This document shows positions 39,218-51,780 of a DNA stretch of 64,000 nt, piece by piece. Origin of the DNA: Eledone cirrhosa (lineage: Eukaryota); contig OZ024765.1 in NCBI GenBank assembly GCA_964016885.1, positions 10,726,001-10,790,000 on the forward strand, read 5' to 3'. Every line of letters begins with the position of its first letter. Within the stretch, counting starts at the first letter, position 1. A program made the position numbers and the translations under genes. The notes beneath the pieces were generated by a model. It had not been told where the DNA came from. It did no database searches and was given only the letters and a program-made list of their open reading frames with translations.

Positions 39218-39623
39218 AGTCACATAGCTTAGTGGTTAGAGCATTGGCCTTGCAATCGAAAGGTTGAGAGTTCAATTCTCAGACCGGGTGATGTGTTGTT
39301 TCCTTGAGCAAGACACTTTATTTCACATTGCTCCAGTTTACTCAGCTGTAGAAATGAAATGAAATAATTATCTTATGTTGTTTATTACATAACTATATAT
39401 ATTCATTTGATTTATTGATTTATTGATTTTTTATCTGAGTGTCCCGAATCTTCCAGATCGCAACTTTTCGATCGTACGGTTGATTATAGACTTGTTCTAT
39501 GTGTGACGGTATTTTAACGATAGTTATAGCTCTGATTTATCTAAATTATGGAGCACTCTGCCGCTCATATCGAATTTTGTTTATCGTGAACTCGTGCGCC
39601 GATTTTTCGATACTCGATTATTC

Positions 39624-39684
<61 letters not shown>

Positions 39685-40041
39685 AATAAGAGGAAAGCAC
39701 AAATGGTGGATAGTTTCCCTTCATCAGTTGTCTGCTATGCATAATGCATAGAAATGTCCATGATCTCCAGAAGACAACTGATGAAGGGAAGCTACCCCTC
39801 CCCCCCCCCCCCCCCGTCTGTGCTTTTCTCTTATTTATAAATACATTTTATTCAGCAACAACACAGCCCCTGTTCCTTCACAAATATATATATATGTATA
39901 TATAAGTTTATCCCGGGTTCAATCGGGGGTAACCACAGTAAGTAAGGTACTCAATACATAGCAGAGTAGAAATATTTCATATACAAATGGCTTCTACAGG
40001 ACTAGAACTGTTTCATTCGAGAGAAATGATCACACACATAT

Positions 40042-40072
<31 letters not shown>

Positions 40073-40084
40073 CATACACATGCA

Positions 40085-40163
<79 letters not shown>

Positions 40164-40490
40164 ATGTATCTAGACAAAACATATACACCTATTTAATTAG
40201 TTCAAAGACCAACCTGCTTTGTGTCTGTATAATCTTTGTTAATGTCAACTCTTATCTACATAAGTTGAATTATTTTAAATTAATTAGCTAATTATTTTAT
40301 ATTCGACCATTAGATAGAGCAACTGAAGTCTGAATGTGTGTGTGTGTGTGTGTGTGTGTGTATAGAATCATGGATGCAAGAAGCACCATGTGCTAATGGA
40401 ATTTCGTGAATTTTATTTATATATATATATATATATACATACATACAACAGACATATATATATATGTATACACACATACAAATGAAACAG

Positions 40491-40523
<33 letters not shown>

Positions 40524-40614
40524 GTTAACTTTGCCTTTCATCCTTACGGGGTCGATAAAATAAAGTACCAGTAATGCACTGGATAATTGCTGGCCTTGTG
40601 CCAAATGTAGAAAC

Positions 40615-40670
<56 letters not shown>

Positions 40671-40705
40671 CATCATTATTTTACGCCTGCTTTTCCCTGC
40701 TTGTA

Positions 40706-40764
<59 letters not shown>

Positions 40765-40974
40765 ATAATTATTTAAATCTACCTCGCGTCTAAAAATAAC
40801 AATTTTTTTTTTCAGCCCACCACTTCAACTTCATTTGCATATTCATCAAAATAATTCGAAATATTTGATTTTTCCTTTCTTCCCCTTTTCCCTCTTTCCT
40901 TCCACTATCCAGACAGAACTTGAGCCTTTAAGGTCTGATTCCTGGGTATGGCACTATTTATAAAACAAACTTTG

Positions 40975-41035
40975 TATTTTATCTGATGAGAGGGTACCAA
41001 AGTTTTGGTACTCTTGAAATATATATAATAGAATA
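40975..41035 (+). ncRNA. Minimal type-I hammerhead ribozyme motif
   Basis: Stem I tattttat/atagaata; CTGATGA (40983-40989); stem II gagggtaccaaa/tttggtactctt with G-U pairs; GAAA; T-atat-A; ATA cleavage triplet. Confidence 0.65.
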
Positions 41036-41147
41036 AGTATGGTTTTATAAATATAGTTTCTATTCATTGGTATCATTGATATATATATATATATACACCC
41101 ATACATGCACATACTCACACATACGAATGAAACTTCTATATATATAT

Positions 41148-41840
41148 ATCATCATCATCATCATCATCAGGTTTAGCGTCCGTGTTCCACGCTTGCATGG
41201 GTTTGGACGGGGGTTTTCCCACTTGAGGCAAGAGTGGTTGTCTTGCTCGCATAGGACTGTCTGGCGGGTTTTCTACAGTTGGATGCCCTTCCTAACACCA
41301 ACCACATTTACAGTGTGGGGCTGGGAGGTTTTTACCGTGTTGCCTACACGTCCACATTACAGCGTGGACTGTCTGGCGGGTTTTCTACAGCTGGATGCCC
41401 TTCCTAACACCAACCACATTTACAGTGTGGGGCTGGGAGGTTTTTACCATGTTGCCTACACGGCCACATTTACAGCGTGGACTGTGTGTTTTTTTGTCGT
41501 GACACCTACACGATCTCATTTGTTTCGGCCTGGATGTTGTGGGGCCAACATAACTTTACATTGAAAGGGGCGGTGTGGATGAGGTGGAGGTGGTGGGACG
41601 GGGGGGGGGGTGTTTTGATAGAGATGCCTACTGACTGTAGTAGGTTTTTACTTTGTATTTAGGTAAGGCGGGTCTTCTCTATTACTGAGTACCGCCAAAG
41701 GTCTCGGTCCAGTGACATTGTCTTGGAGAGGTGTAAGCGTGTGAGGTCGGAATTTATCAGCTCGTCCCATGTTTTTCTGGGTCTGCCTACTCCGTGGCTA
41801 CCGTCTATCTTTATTGCCCTGCACTTTGTTATACAGCTGT
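41148..41840 (-). mobile_element. RTE-clade LINE 3' fragment with partly duplicated UTR
   Basis: (CAT)n at the left, two ggatgcccttcctaacaccaacc segments, and minus-strand coding similar to GRPRKTWDEL at ~41760-41790. Confidence 0.75.
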
Positions 41841-42059
41841 CGTATATATATACAAAAAGTTATGAAACGAAAGGAGCTGTGTGGTTACTAAAAACAAGGT
41901 TTAAGATGGTGGTCAGGACGGAGCAGGAGGAGAAAGGAAGAAAGGAGTTTCCATCGTCAGCTGTAAATGTTTCCCGGACCGATGTTTCGGCGCGTAATTA
42001 CAGGACATCGTGTAGTTCGGGTGCACCCGAGGCCTTTTATTAATCAATATATATATATA

Positions 42060-42399
42060 TGGAGGCACATGGCTTAGTGGTTAGAGCATTGGCCTTGCAA
42101 TCGAAAGGTTGTGAGTTCAATTCTCAGACTGGGTGATGTGTTGTTTCCTTGAGAAAGACACTTTATTTCACATTGCTCCAGTTTACTCAGCTGTAGAAAT
42201 GAGATGATAGGGACTGGGGTCCCTATCATTCCACTGCAAAGTGGTCGTGGAGGTGCCACGGCAAAAAAGCACCCAGCACTCACTGTAAATGAGGTTGGTG
42301 TTAGGAAGGGCATCCAGCTGTAGAAATCAAGCCAGCATCAGTTCCCGTCCCACCCTTGCAAGCAGGGAAAAAGCGGACGTAAAATGAAATGATGATGAT
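42060..42399 (+). mobile_element. Full-length SINE family 2 (tRNA head, CORE-like domain, RTE-like tail)
   Basis: Near-identical reverse complement of 29218-29560. Confidence 0.87.
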
Positions 42400-43241
42400 G
42401 GAACAACTCAATATATATATATATGGAACAACTCATCTAATGCATGGTAGCTTGCAAAAATGGACGGTAAACAGTGATGATGATGATATATATATATATA
42501 TGTGTGTGTCTGTGTGTGAGTTGTTATCTTGAAGCATCCTGTTGTTATGGCAAGCCGAGAACAACAAAAGCACAAACTCTGAGCCAGTTTCTTATTATGA
42601 TCTTCTGACAAAGGGTGTTTAGACTCTAAATATTAAGACATGTAAATATAATAATAGGTGGCATAACAAAGGTTCTGACATAAAATTATGTTGGAAGGTT
42701 TTTAAATAAATATAAACACTTTAACCTTTTCATTACCATATTTCTCATGAAAGACATTGCATTTTAAAGTTGATGTTTAGAACATAACTTAACATAAAAT
42801 TATGTTGGAAGGTTTTTAAATAAATATAAACAATTTAACTATTTCATTACCATATTTCTCATGAAAGATATTGCATTTTAAAGTTGATATTTAGAACATA
42901 ACTTAACATAAAATTATGTTGGAAGGTTTTAAAATAAATATAAACAATTTATCCTTTTTGTTACCACATTTTTAATGAAAACATTGCATTATTAAGCAGG
43001 GCAGTTGATTGGCAGAATTGGTAGAGAGTCGGACACCATGCTTTGTAGTATAGAGTTACGGCCCTTTATGATCTGAGTTCAAATCCCACCAAGGTTAACT
43101 TTACCTTTCATCCTTACGGGGTCGATAAAATAAAGCACCAGTAATGCACTGGGATAATTGCTGGCCGTGTGCCAAAAGTAGAAACAATTATTAAGCTGGT
43201 ATTTGGATCATAACTTAACAAAGGTTCTTACATAAAATTAT

Positions 43242-43545
43242 AACTGTTGCTTGTGATACAAACTATGCAGTGTGGAAATGCCTAAACAAACTAAGATCTG
43301 GTGTTGGAGATGTGAAAGTCACTCTTGCAAAATAGGGACATTTAAAGAATGGGGACGCTGTGTGTGACTGTGGTATCGAACCACAGACTACACAGCACCT
43401 CTTGATATACCCCCTGCTGGAACACCCCTGTACAGCATTAGACTTAGCAGAGTTTAAGGAAAAAGGACAGCAATGCGTTCAGCTGTGGCAGAACCACATC
43501 TAGTCAAGCTTTGTAACTGACATTCTTGTGGACACGACAAGAAGA
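43242..43545 (+). mobile_element. Ingi/Vingi-like (I-group) LINE 3' fragment with target-site duplication
   Basis: WKCLNKLRSGVGDVKVTLAK*GHLKNGDAVCDCGIEPQTTQHLLIYP (zinc-knuckle-like CxCG..QTxxHL), aagaag tail, flanked by acataaaattat / acatagaattat. Clade is assigned from recalled motifs. Confidence 0.7.
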
Positions 43546-44320
43546 ACATAGAATTATGTTGGAAGATTTTTAGGCATAAACACTTTAACCTTTTCATTAA
43601 CACATTTCTAATGAAGAACACTGTATTATTATTATTAAGCTAGTGTTCGGAACATAACTCAACAAAGGTTCTTAAATAAAATTATGTTGGAAGATTTTTA
43701 GATATAAACACTTTAACCTTTTCATTACCACATTTCTAATGAAAGAAATTGCATTTTGGATCATAACTTAACAAAGGTTCTGAGAAAAACTTATGTTGGA
43801 AAATCTTTAGATAAATATAAACAATTTAACCTTTTCGTTACCACATTTCTAATGAAAGACACTGTATTATTGAACTGGTGTTTGGAACATAACTTAACAA
43901 AGGTTCTTAAATAAAATTATGTTAGAAGATTTTTAGATATATATAAACAAATTTAACCTTTTCGTTACCACATTTCTAATGAAAGACACTGTGTTATTGA
44001 GCTGATATTTGGAACATAACTTAAAGGTTTTTAGTTAAAATTATGTTGCAAAATTTTTAGATAAATATAAACAATTTAACCTTTTCGCAACCACAATTCT
44101 AATGAAAGATACTATAGTATTAAGCTGGTGTTTGGATCATAACTTAACAAAGGTTTTTAGATAAAATTATGTTGTAAGATATTTAGATAAATATAAACAA
44201 TTTAACCTTTTCGCTACATTTCTAATGAAAGACACTGTAGTATTAAGCTGGTGTTTGGAACATAACTTAACAAAGGTTTTAGATAAAATTATGTTGGAAG
44301 ATATTTAGATAATTAGTATT

Positions 44321-44758
44321 AGAGACCCAAGATGACTTGGGATGAGGTGATAAAAGCCGACCTTACCCAACTACACCTCTCAAAGTCAATGACACACGAC
44401 CGTGACTTCTGGCGTCACGCAGTAATACAGGGTACCCGACCTCCCATGGGTACATGCTGAAGCATATAAACAATAGGCCCCCCCCCCCCCCCCCCCACCG
44501 CAAGGTGGTCGTGGAGGTGCCACGGCAAAAAAGCACCCAGCCCACACTGTAAAGTGGACGTGTAGGCGCCACGAAAAAGCACCCAGCACTCACTGTAAAT
44601 GAGGTTGGTGTTAGGAAGGGCATCCAGCTGTAGAAATCAAGCCAGATCAGTTCCTGTATGAGCAAGGCATGGTCAGCCGACCAGACACTGCCCACAACAG
44701 GACAACCCGTCTAACCCATGCTAGCGTGGAAGAACGGACGTAAAACGGTGATGATGAT
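44321..44758 (+). mobile_element. RTE-clade LINE 3' fragment
   Basis: Near-identical to 6233-6690. Confidence 0.82.
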
Positions 44759-46109
44759 AAATATAAACAATTTAACCTTTTCGCTACATTTCTAATGAAA
44801 GACACTGTAGTATTAAGCTGGTGTTTGGAATATAACTTAACAAAGGTTTTTAGATAAAATTATGTTGAAAGATATTTAGATAAATATAAACAATTTAACC
44901 TTTTCGCAACCACAATTCTAATGAAAGATACTATAGTATTAAGCTGGTGTTTGGATCATAACTTAACAAAGGTTTTTAGATAAAATTATGTTGCAAGATA
45001 TTTAGATAAATATAAACAATTTAACCTTTTCGCAACCACAATTCTAATGAAAGATACTGTAGTATTAAGCTGGTGTTTGGATCATAACTTAACAAAGGTT
45101 TTTAGATAAAATTATGTTGCAAGATATTTAGATAAATATAAACAATTTAACCTTTTCGCTACCACAATTCTAATGAAAGACACTGTAGTATTAAGCTGGT
45201 GTTTGGAACATAACTTAAGAAAGGTTTTTAGATAAAATTATGTTGCAAGATATTTAGATAAATATAAACAATTTAACCTTTTCGCTACCACAATTCTAAT
45301 GAAAGACACTGTAGTATTAAGCTGGTGTTTGGAACATAACTTAACAAAGGTTTTTAGATAAATATATGCACTTGAACACAAAGCGCTTAGTATGAGAAAT
45401 AAGGATTGTTTACTGTAACATGGTATCATAGAAACAGGAGAGGTTTCAGGTGATTTTATATGGAAAGTGTTAATTAAAAGTGTAATATTGTCAGAATATT
45501 TCAATATTAATGAAGACATATGCAGCATTTTTAGTGTTTTTTGCTGCTGTTGTTGTTGCAGCCGCAGATGCTGCTGTTGATGTTGATGATGTTGCTGTTG
45601 TACTTGTTAGTCTCTGTTGGTCACTGACCTTTGTGACGGTTGTATATGTATGTGCATATGCATCTGTCACAAATGTGTGTATGCTTGTATGTGTATGTGC
45701 ATATACACATACGTGCATACACACATTTATACATATATACAAGCTCTCTCTCTCTCACACACACATACAGCTCATACACACACATCCACACACACACATA
45801 CCAGCTCATGCACACACACACGCATCCACACACACACACACACACACATACACAAAGCAGCGTTAGAATCTCTTCACATCTTTCTAGAGTTTCTCTTATA
45901 TCTGTGACTACATCAGATGTCAGCCATCAACACCTCAAACATTGCACCTTTTGTTCTCTCTGTATCTTAACTTTCTTAACTGACATTGTCTTTCATATGC
46001 AGTGAATTGACTAAGCTGGCAGAGCATCCAATTAAATACTTGTTTGTTCTGTTTGTCTTAGGTCTGATGGATGGGTTGGCAGGAGTGAAAGGAAATTTAC
46101 AGATCACAC

Positions 46110-49100
46110 CTACAAGGTTGTATCTCATAAGAGATATCTTGGGGGTTTTAATGATAGGGGCCACACCTATGTCATAGCTCACACCTATGTAGGTATAGCT
46201 GGTCTCCTACAAGGTTGTATCTGATTAGTTTCTAGGGAGTTTTAATGATAGGGGCCACATCCATGTTGTGTTGTTGTGGATATAGCTTGCCTCTATGTAG
46301 GTTTAGCAGATCTCTACAAGGTTGTATTTCATAGGAGTTTTCTAGGGAGTTTTAATGATAGGGGCCACATCCATGTTGTGTTGTTGTGGATACAGCTCAC
46401 CTCTACATAGGTTTAGCAGGGCAACTACAAGATTACATCTGATAGGAGGTTTTTAGGGTGTTTCAATGATAGGGGACATAGTCCTATCTTGTGGATACAG
46501 CTCACCTCTACATAGGTTTAGCAGGGCAACTACAAGGTTATATCTGATAGGAGGTTTTTAGGGTGTTTCAATGATAGGGGACATAGTCCTATCTTGTGGA
46601 TACAGCTCACCTCTACATAGGTTTAGCTGGGCAACTACAAGGTTACATCTGATAGGAGGTTTTTAGGGTGTTTCAATGATAGGGGACATAGTCCTATCTT
46701 GTGGATACAGCTCACCTCTACATAGGTTTAGCTGGGCAACTACAAGGTTACATCTGATAGGAGGTTTTTAGGGTGTTTCAATGATAGGGGACATAGTCCT
46801 ATCTTGTGGATACAGCTCACCTCTACATAGGTTTAGCTGGGCAACTACAAGGTTATATCTGATAGGAGGTTTTTAGGGTGTTTCAATGATAGGGGACATA
46901 GTCCTATCTTGTGGATACACCTCACCTCTACATAGGTTTAGCTGGGCAACTACAAGGTTATATCTGATAGGAGGTTTTTAGGGTGTTTCAATGATAGGGG
47001 ACATAGTCCTATCTTGTGGATACAGCTCACCTCTACATAGGTTTAGCTGGGCAACTACAAGGTTATATCTGATAGGAGGTTTTTAGGGTGTTTCAATGAT
47101 AGGGGACATAGTCCTATCTTGTGGATACAGCTCACCTCTACATAGGTTTAGCAGGGCAACTACAAGGTTACATCTGATAGGAGGTTTTTAGGGTGTTTCA
47201 ATGATAGGGGACATAGTCCTATCTTGTGGATACAGCTCACCTCTACATAGGTTTAGCTGGGCAACTACAAGGTTATATCTGATAGGTTTTTAGGGTGTTT
47301 CAATGATGGGGGACATAGTCCTATCTTGTGGATACAGCTCACCTCTACATAGGTTTAGCTGGGCAACTACAAGGTTACATCTGATAGGAGGTTTTTAGGG
47401 TGTTTCAATGATAGGGGACATAGTCCTATCTTGTGGATACAGCTCACCTCTACATAGGTTTAGCTGGGCAACTACAAGGTTACATCTGATAGGAGGTTTT
47501 TAGGGTGTTTCAATGATAGGGGACATAGTCCTATCTTGTGGATACAGCTCACCTCTACATAGGTTTAGCTGGGCAACTACAAGGTTATATCTGATAGGTT
47601 TTTAGGGTGTTTCAATGATAGGGGACATAGTCCTATCTTGTGGATACAGCTCACCTCTACATAGGTTTAGCTGGGCAACTACAAGGTTACATCTGATAGG
47701 AGGTTTTTAGGGTGTTTCAATGATAGGGGACATAGTCCTATCTTGTGGATACAGCTCACCTCTACATAGGTTTAGCTGGGCAACTACAAGGTTATATCTG
47801 ATAGGAGGTTTTTAGGGTGTTTCAATGATAGGGGACATAGTCCTATCTTGTGGATACACCTCACCTCTACATAGGTTTAGCTGGGCAACTACAAGGTTAT
47901 ATCTGATAGGAGGTTTTTAGGGTGTTTCAATGATAGGGGACATAGTCCTATCTTGTGGATACACCTCACCTCTACATAGGTTTAGCTGGGCAACTACAAG
48001 GTTATATCTGATAGGTTTTTAGGGTGTTTCAATGATAGGGGACATAGTCCTATCTTGTGGATACAGCTCACCTCTACATAGGTTTAGCTGGGCAACTACA
48101 AGGTTACATCTGATAGGAGGTTTTTAGGGTGTTTCAATGATAGGGGACATAGTCCTATCTTGTGGATACAGCTCACCTCTACATAGGTTTAGCTGGGCAA
48201 CTACAAGGTTATATCTGATAGGAGGTTTTTAGGGTGTTTCAATGATAGGGGACATAGTCCTATCTTGTGGATACAGCTCACCTCTACATAGGTTTAGCAG
48301 GGCAACTACAAGGTTATATCTGATAGGAGGTTTTTAGGGTGTTTCAATGATAGGGGACATAGTCCTATCTTGTGGATACAGCTCACCTCTACATAGGTTT
48401 AGCTGGGCAACTACAAGGTTACATCTGATAGGAGGTTTTTAGGGTGTTTCAATGATAGGGGACATAGTCCTATCTTGTGGATACAGCTCACCTCTACATA
48501 GGTTTAGCTGGGCAACTACAAGGTTATATCTGATAGGAGGTTTTTAGGGTGTTTCAATGATAGGGGACATAGTCCTATCTTGTGGATACAGCTCACCTCT
48601 ACATAGGTTTAGCTGGGCAACTACAAGGTTATATCTGATAGGAGGTTTTTAGGGTGTTTCAATGATAGGGGACATAGTCCTATCTTGTGGATACAGCTCA
48701 CCTCTACATAGGTTTAGCTGGACAACTACAAGGTTACATCTGATAGGAGGTTTTTAGGGTGTTTCAATGATAGGGGACATAGTCCTATCTTGTGGATACA
48801 GCTCACCTCTACATAGGTTTAGCAGGGCAACTACAAGGTTATATCTGATAGGAGGTTTTTAGGGTGTTTCAATGATAGGGGACATAGTCCTATCTTGTGG
48901 ATACAGCTCACCTCTACATAGGTTTAGCAGGGCAACTACAAGGTTATATCTGATAGGAGGTTTTTAGGGTGTTTCAATGATAGGGGACATAGTCCTATCT
49001 TGTGGATACAGCTCACCTCTACATAGGTTTAGCAGGGCAACTACAAGGTTATATCTGATAGGAGGTTTTTAGGGTGTTTCAATGATAGGGGACATAGTCC

Positions 49101-49330
49101 TATCTTGTGGATACAGCTCACCTCTACATAGGTTTAGCAGGGCAACTACAAGGTTATATCTGATAGGAGGTTTTTAGGGTGTTTCAATGATAGGGGACAT
49201 AGTCCTATCTTGTGGATACAGCTCACCTCTACATACGTTTAGCTGGACAACTACAAGGTTATATCTGATAGGAGGTTTTTAGGGTGTTTCAATGATATGG
49301 GTCCCAGTGTTGTTGTTACAGCTCACACCT
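46110..49330 (+). repeat. 105-bp tandem array (~28 homogeneous copies plus degenerate flanks)
   Basis: gtggatacagctcacctctacatagg recurs at 46491, 46596 and 46701 onward. Confidence 0.95.
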
Positions 49331-49481
49331 ATGTATCTTTAGCTGTCCTCCTATGCATCTTTGCTGAAAAAGCAAACACACTGTATATGTTATTTTCCCC
49401 CCTTTTCTTCTGTTTTATAATTCTTAACATTTTCAACAATTTTTCATTCTCATGTCTATCTTTGTTTCTTTTCTGTTTCAG

Positions 49482-49532
49482 CTCCGCAACAGCCTATCCC
49501 AGGCTCTCCAGACTTTCATGCAATCAAGCAAG
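49482..49532 (+). CDS. PICALM: Candidate alternative cassette exon B of PICALM/AP180 (A-PQQPIPGSPDFHAIKQ-G), 51 nt, phase 1-1
   Basis: Acceptor tctttgtttcttttctgtttcag| and donor CAAG|gttagt. In frame with no stop. Homologous to exon A (11 identical residues including the junction A and G). Confidence 0.72.
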
Positions 49533-49579
49533 GTTAGTATGCTGTTACTGTTACTGTTGTTATTATTATTGTGTAATTG

Positions 49580-51780
49580 CGGGCGGTGGTTTGGCAGTAT
49601 CGGTAGAGCGTCAGACACCATGCTTTGCAGCATAGAGTTATGAGCCTTTACGTTCTGTGTTCAAATCCTGCTGAGGTTGTTAGCTTTGCCTTTCATCCTT
49701 ACGGGGTCGATAAAATAAAGAACCAGTAATGTACTGGGGTCGATTTAATCGATTTTCCCCTACCCCCAAATTACTGGCCTTGCCCCTATACAAGAAATCA
49801 TTATTATTGTGGGTTAGCAGTATCGGTAGAGGGTCGGACACCATGCTTTCCAGCATTGTTACGTCCCTTTACGATCTGAGTTCAAATCCCGCCGAGGTTG
49901 ACTTTGCCTTTCATCCTTACGGGGTCGATAAAATAAAGTACCAGTAATGCACTGGGGTAATTGCTGGCCTTGTGCCTAAAGTAGAAACAATTATTATTGT
50001 GTATTTGGGTGGTGGATTGGCAGTATCAGTAGAGGGTCAGACACCACGGACCTTTATGGTGTGAGTTCAAATCCCGCCGAGGTTAACTTTGCCTATTATC
50101 CTTACGGGGGTCGATAAAATAAAGTACCAGTAATACACTGGGGTAATTGCTGGCCTTGTGCCAAAAGTAGAAACAATTATTATCGTGTATTTGGGGGCAT
50201 TGGTTTGGCAGTATTGGTAGAGTGCCAGAAACCCTGCTCCACGTCAGAGAGCTCTGCTGAGGTTAGCTTTGCCTTTCATCCTTACGGGGGTCAATAAAAT
50301 AAAGTACCAGTAATACACTGGGGTAATTGCTGGCCTTGTGCCAAAAGTAGAAACAATTATTATCGTGTATTTGGGGGCATTGGTTTGGCAGTATTGGTAG
50401 AGTGCCAGAAACCCTGCTCCACGTCAGAGAGCTCTGCTGAGGTTAGCTTTGCCTTTCATCCTTACGGGGGTCAATAAAATAAAGTACCAGTAATACACTG
50501 GGGTAATTGCTGGCCTTGTGCCAAAAGTAGAAACAATTATTATCGTGTATTTGGGGGCATTGGTTTGGCAGTATTGGTAGAGTGCCAGAAACCCTGCTCC
50601 ACGTCAGAGAGCTCTGCTGAGGTTAGCTTTGCCTTTCATCCTTACGGGGGTCAATAAAATAAAGTACCAGTAATACACTGGGGTAATTGCTGGCCTTGTG
50701 CCAAAAGTAGAAACAATTATTATCGTGTATTTGGGGGCATTGGTTTGGCAGTATTGGTAGAGTGCCAGAAACCCTGCTCCACGTCAGAGAGCTCTGCTGA
50801 GGTTAGCTTTGCCTTTCATCCTTACGGGGGTCAATAAAATAAAGTACCAGTAATACACTGGGGTAATTGCTGGCCTTGTGCCAAAAGTAGAAACAATTAT
50901 TATCGTGTATTTGGGGGCATTGGTTTGGCAGTATTGGTAGAGTGCCAGAAACCCTGCTCCACGTCAGAGAGCTCTGCTGAGGTTAGCTTTGCCTTTCATC
51001 CTTACGGGGGTCAATAAAATAAAGTACCAGTAATGTACTGGGGTTGATTTAAAAAAAAATTGCTGGCTTTGTGCCTAAACCATTATTATTATTAGAGTAT
51101 CAGTAGAGGGTCGGACGCCATCCTTTGACACATAGAGTTACGGCCCTTGCCATTCTGAGTTCAAATCCCGCCGAGGTTAACTTTGCCTTTCATATCCTTA
51201 CGGGGTCGATAAAATAAAGTACCAGTAATGCACTGGTTATTGCTGGCCTTGTGCCCATAGTAGAAACAATTATTAGAGTAGTGGATTGTCAGAATCGGTA
51301 AGGTGTCAGACAAGGTTTTGTGGTATAGAGTTACGACCCTTTACATCCTGAGTTCAAATCCCACTGTCGTTAGCTTTGCCCTTCATCCTTATGGGATTGA
51401 TAAAATAAAATACCAGTAATACACTGGTTTCCTTTTAACCCTTTAGCATTTACATTATTCTATATTTACTATTGTATTTTCATGGTAAACACTTTATCTC
51501 ATAGTTATCTCACATAATATCGAATCTATGAGATTTTGATATTATTTATTTTGAGAACAATACCTTAACACAAGTATGAGTGGCTGGTTACAACCGGTTT
51601 GAACAGAAAGAGATGAGAGAATTCTGGCCGGATATGGCCGGTTTAAATACTAAAGGGTTAATCAACTTTCCCCTCCCATAAAATTGTTGTCTCGTGACTA
51701 AATCAGAAACAATTATTATAGCAATGGATTGGCGTCGGACAACATGCTTTGTAATATATAGTTAGGGTCCCTTTATATTC
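49580..51780 (+). repeat. Cluster of SINE family 1 copies including five near-identical 180-bp tandem units (~50110-51030)
   Basis: Identical sequence lines start at 50161, 50341, 50521, 50701 and 50881. Confidence 0.92.
51439..51657 (+). mobile_element. piggyBac-type MITE, 219 bp, inserted at TTAA inside a SINE
   Basis: TTAA|CCCTTTAGCATTTA ... TAAATACTAAAGGG|TTAA. The SINE resumes as tcaactttcccctccc after the right TTAA. Confidence 0.9.

Larger units (their letters stand above)
42660..45365 (+). repeat. ~126-bp tandem repeat interrupted by three retroposon insertions
   Basis: tatgttg recurs at 44861, 44987, 45113 and 45239. The unit contains ttaaccttttcg.tacc. Insertions: SINE (~42997-43192), LINE fragments (43242-43545 and 44321-44758). 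Confidence 0.9.

Noticed and set aside
42060-42135. tRNA-like sequence with A and B boxes (also 29485-29560, 39214-39290)
   Set aside because: These are SINE heads continuous with SINE body and tail; no complete cloverleaf is evident.
46062-46116. Exon-like stretch after ttgtttgttctgtttgtcttag
   Set aside because: It ends in phase 2 at a donor-like site belonging to the 105-bp repeat family, so it would frameshift.
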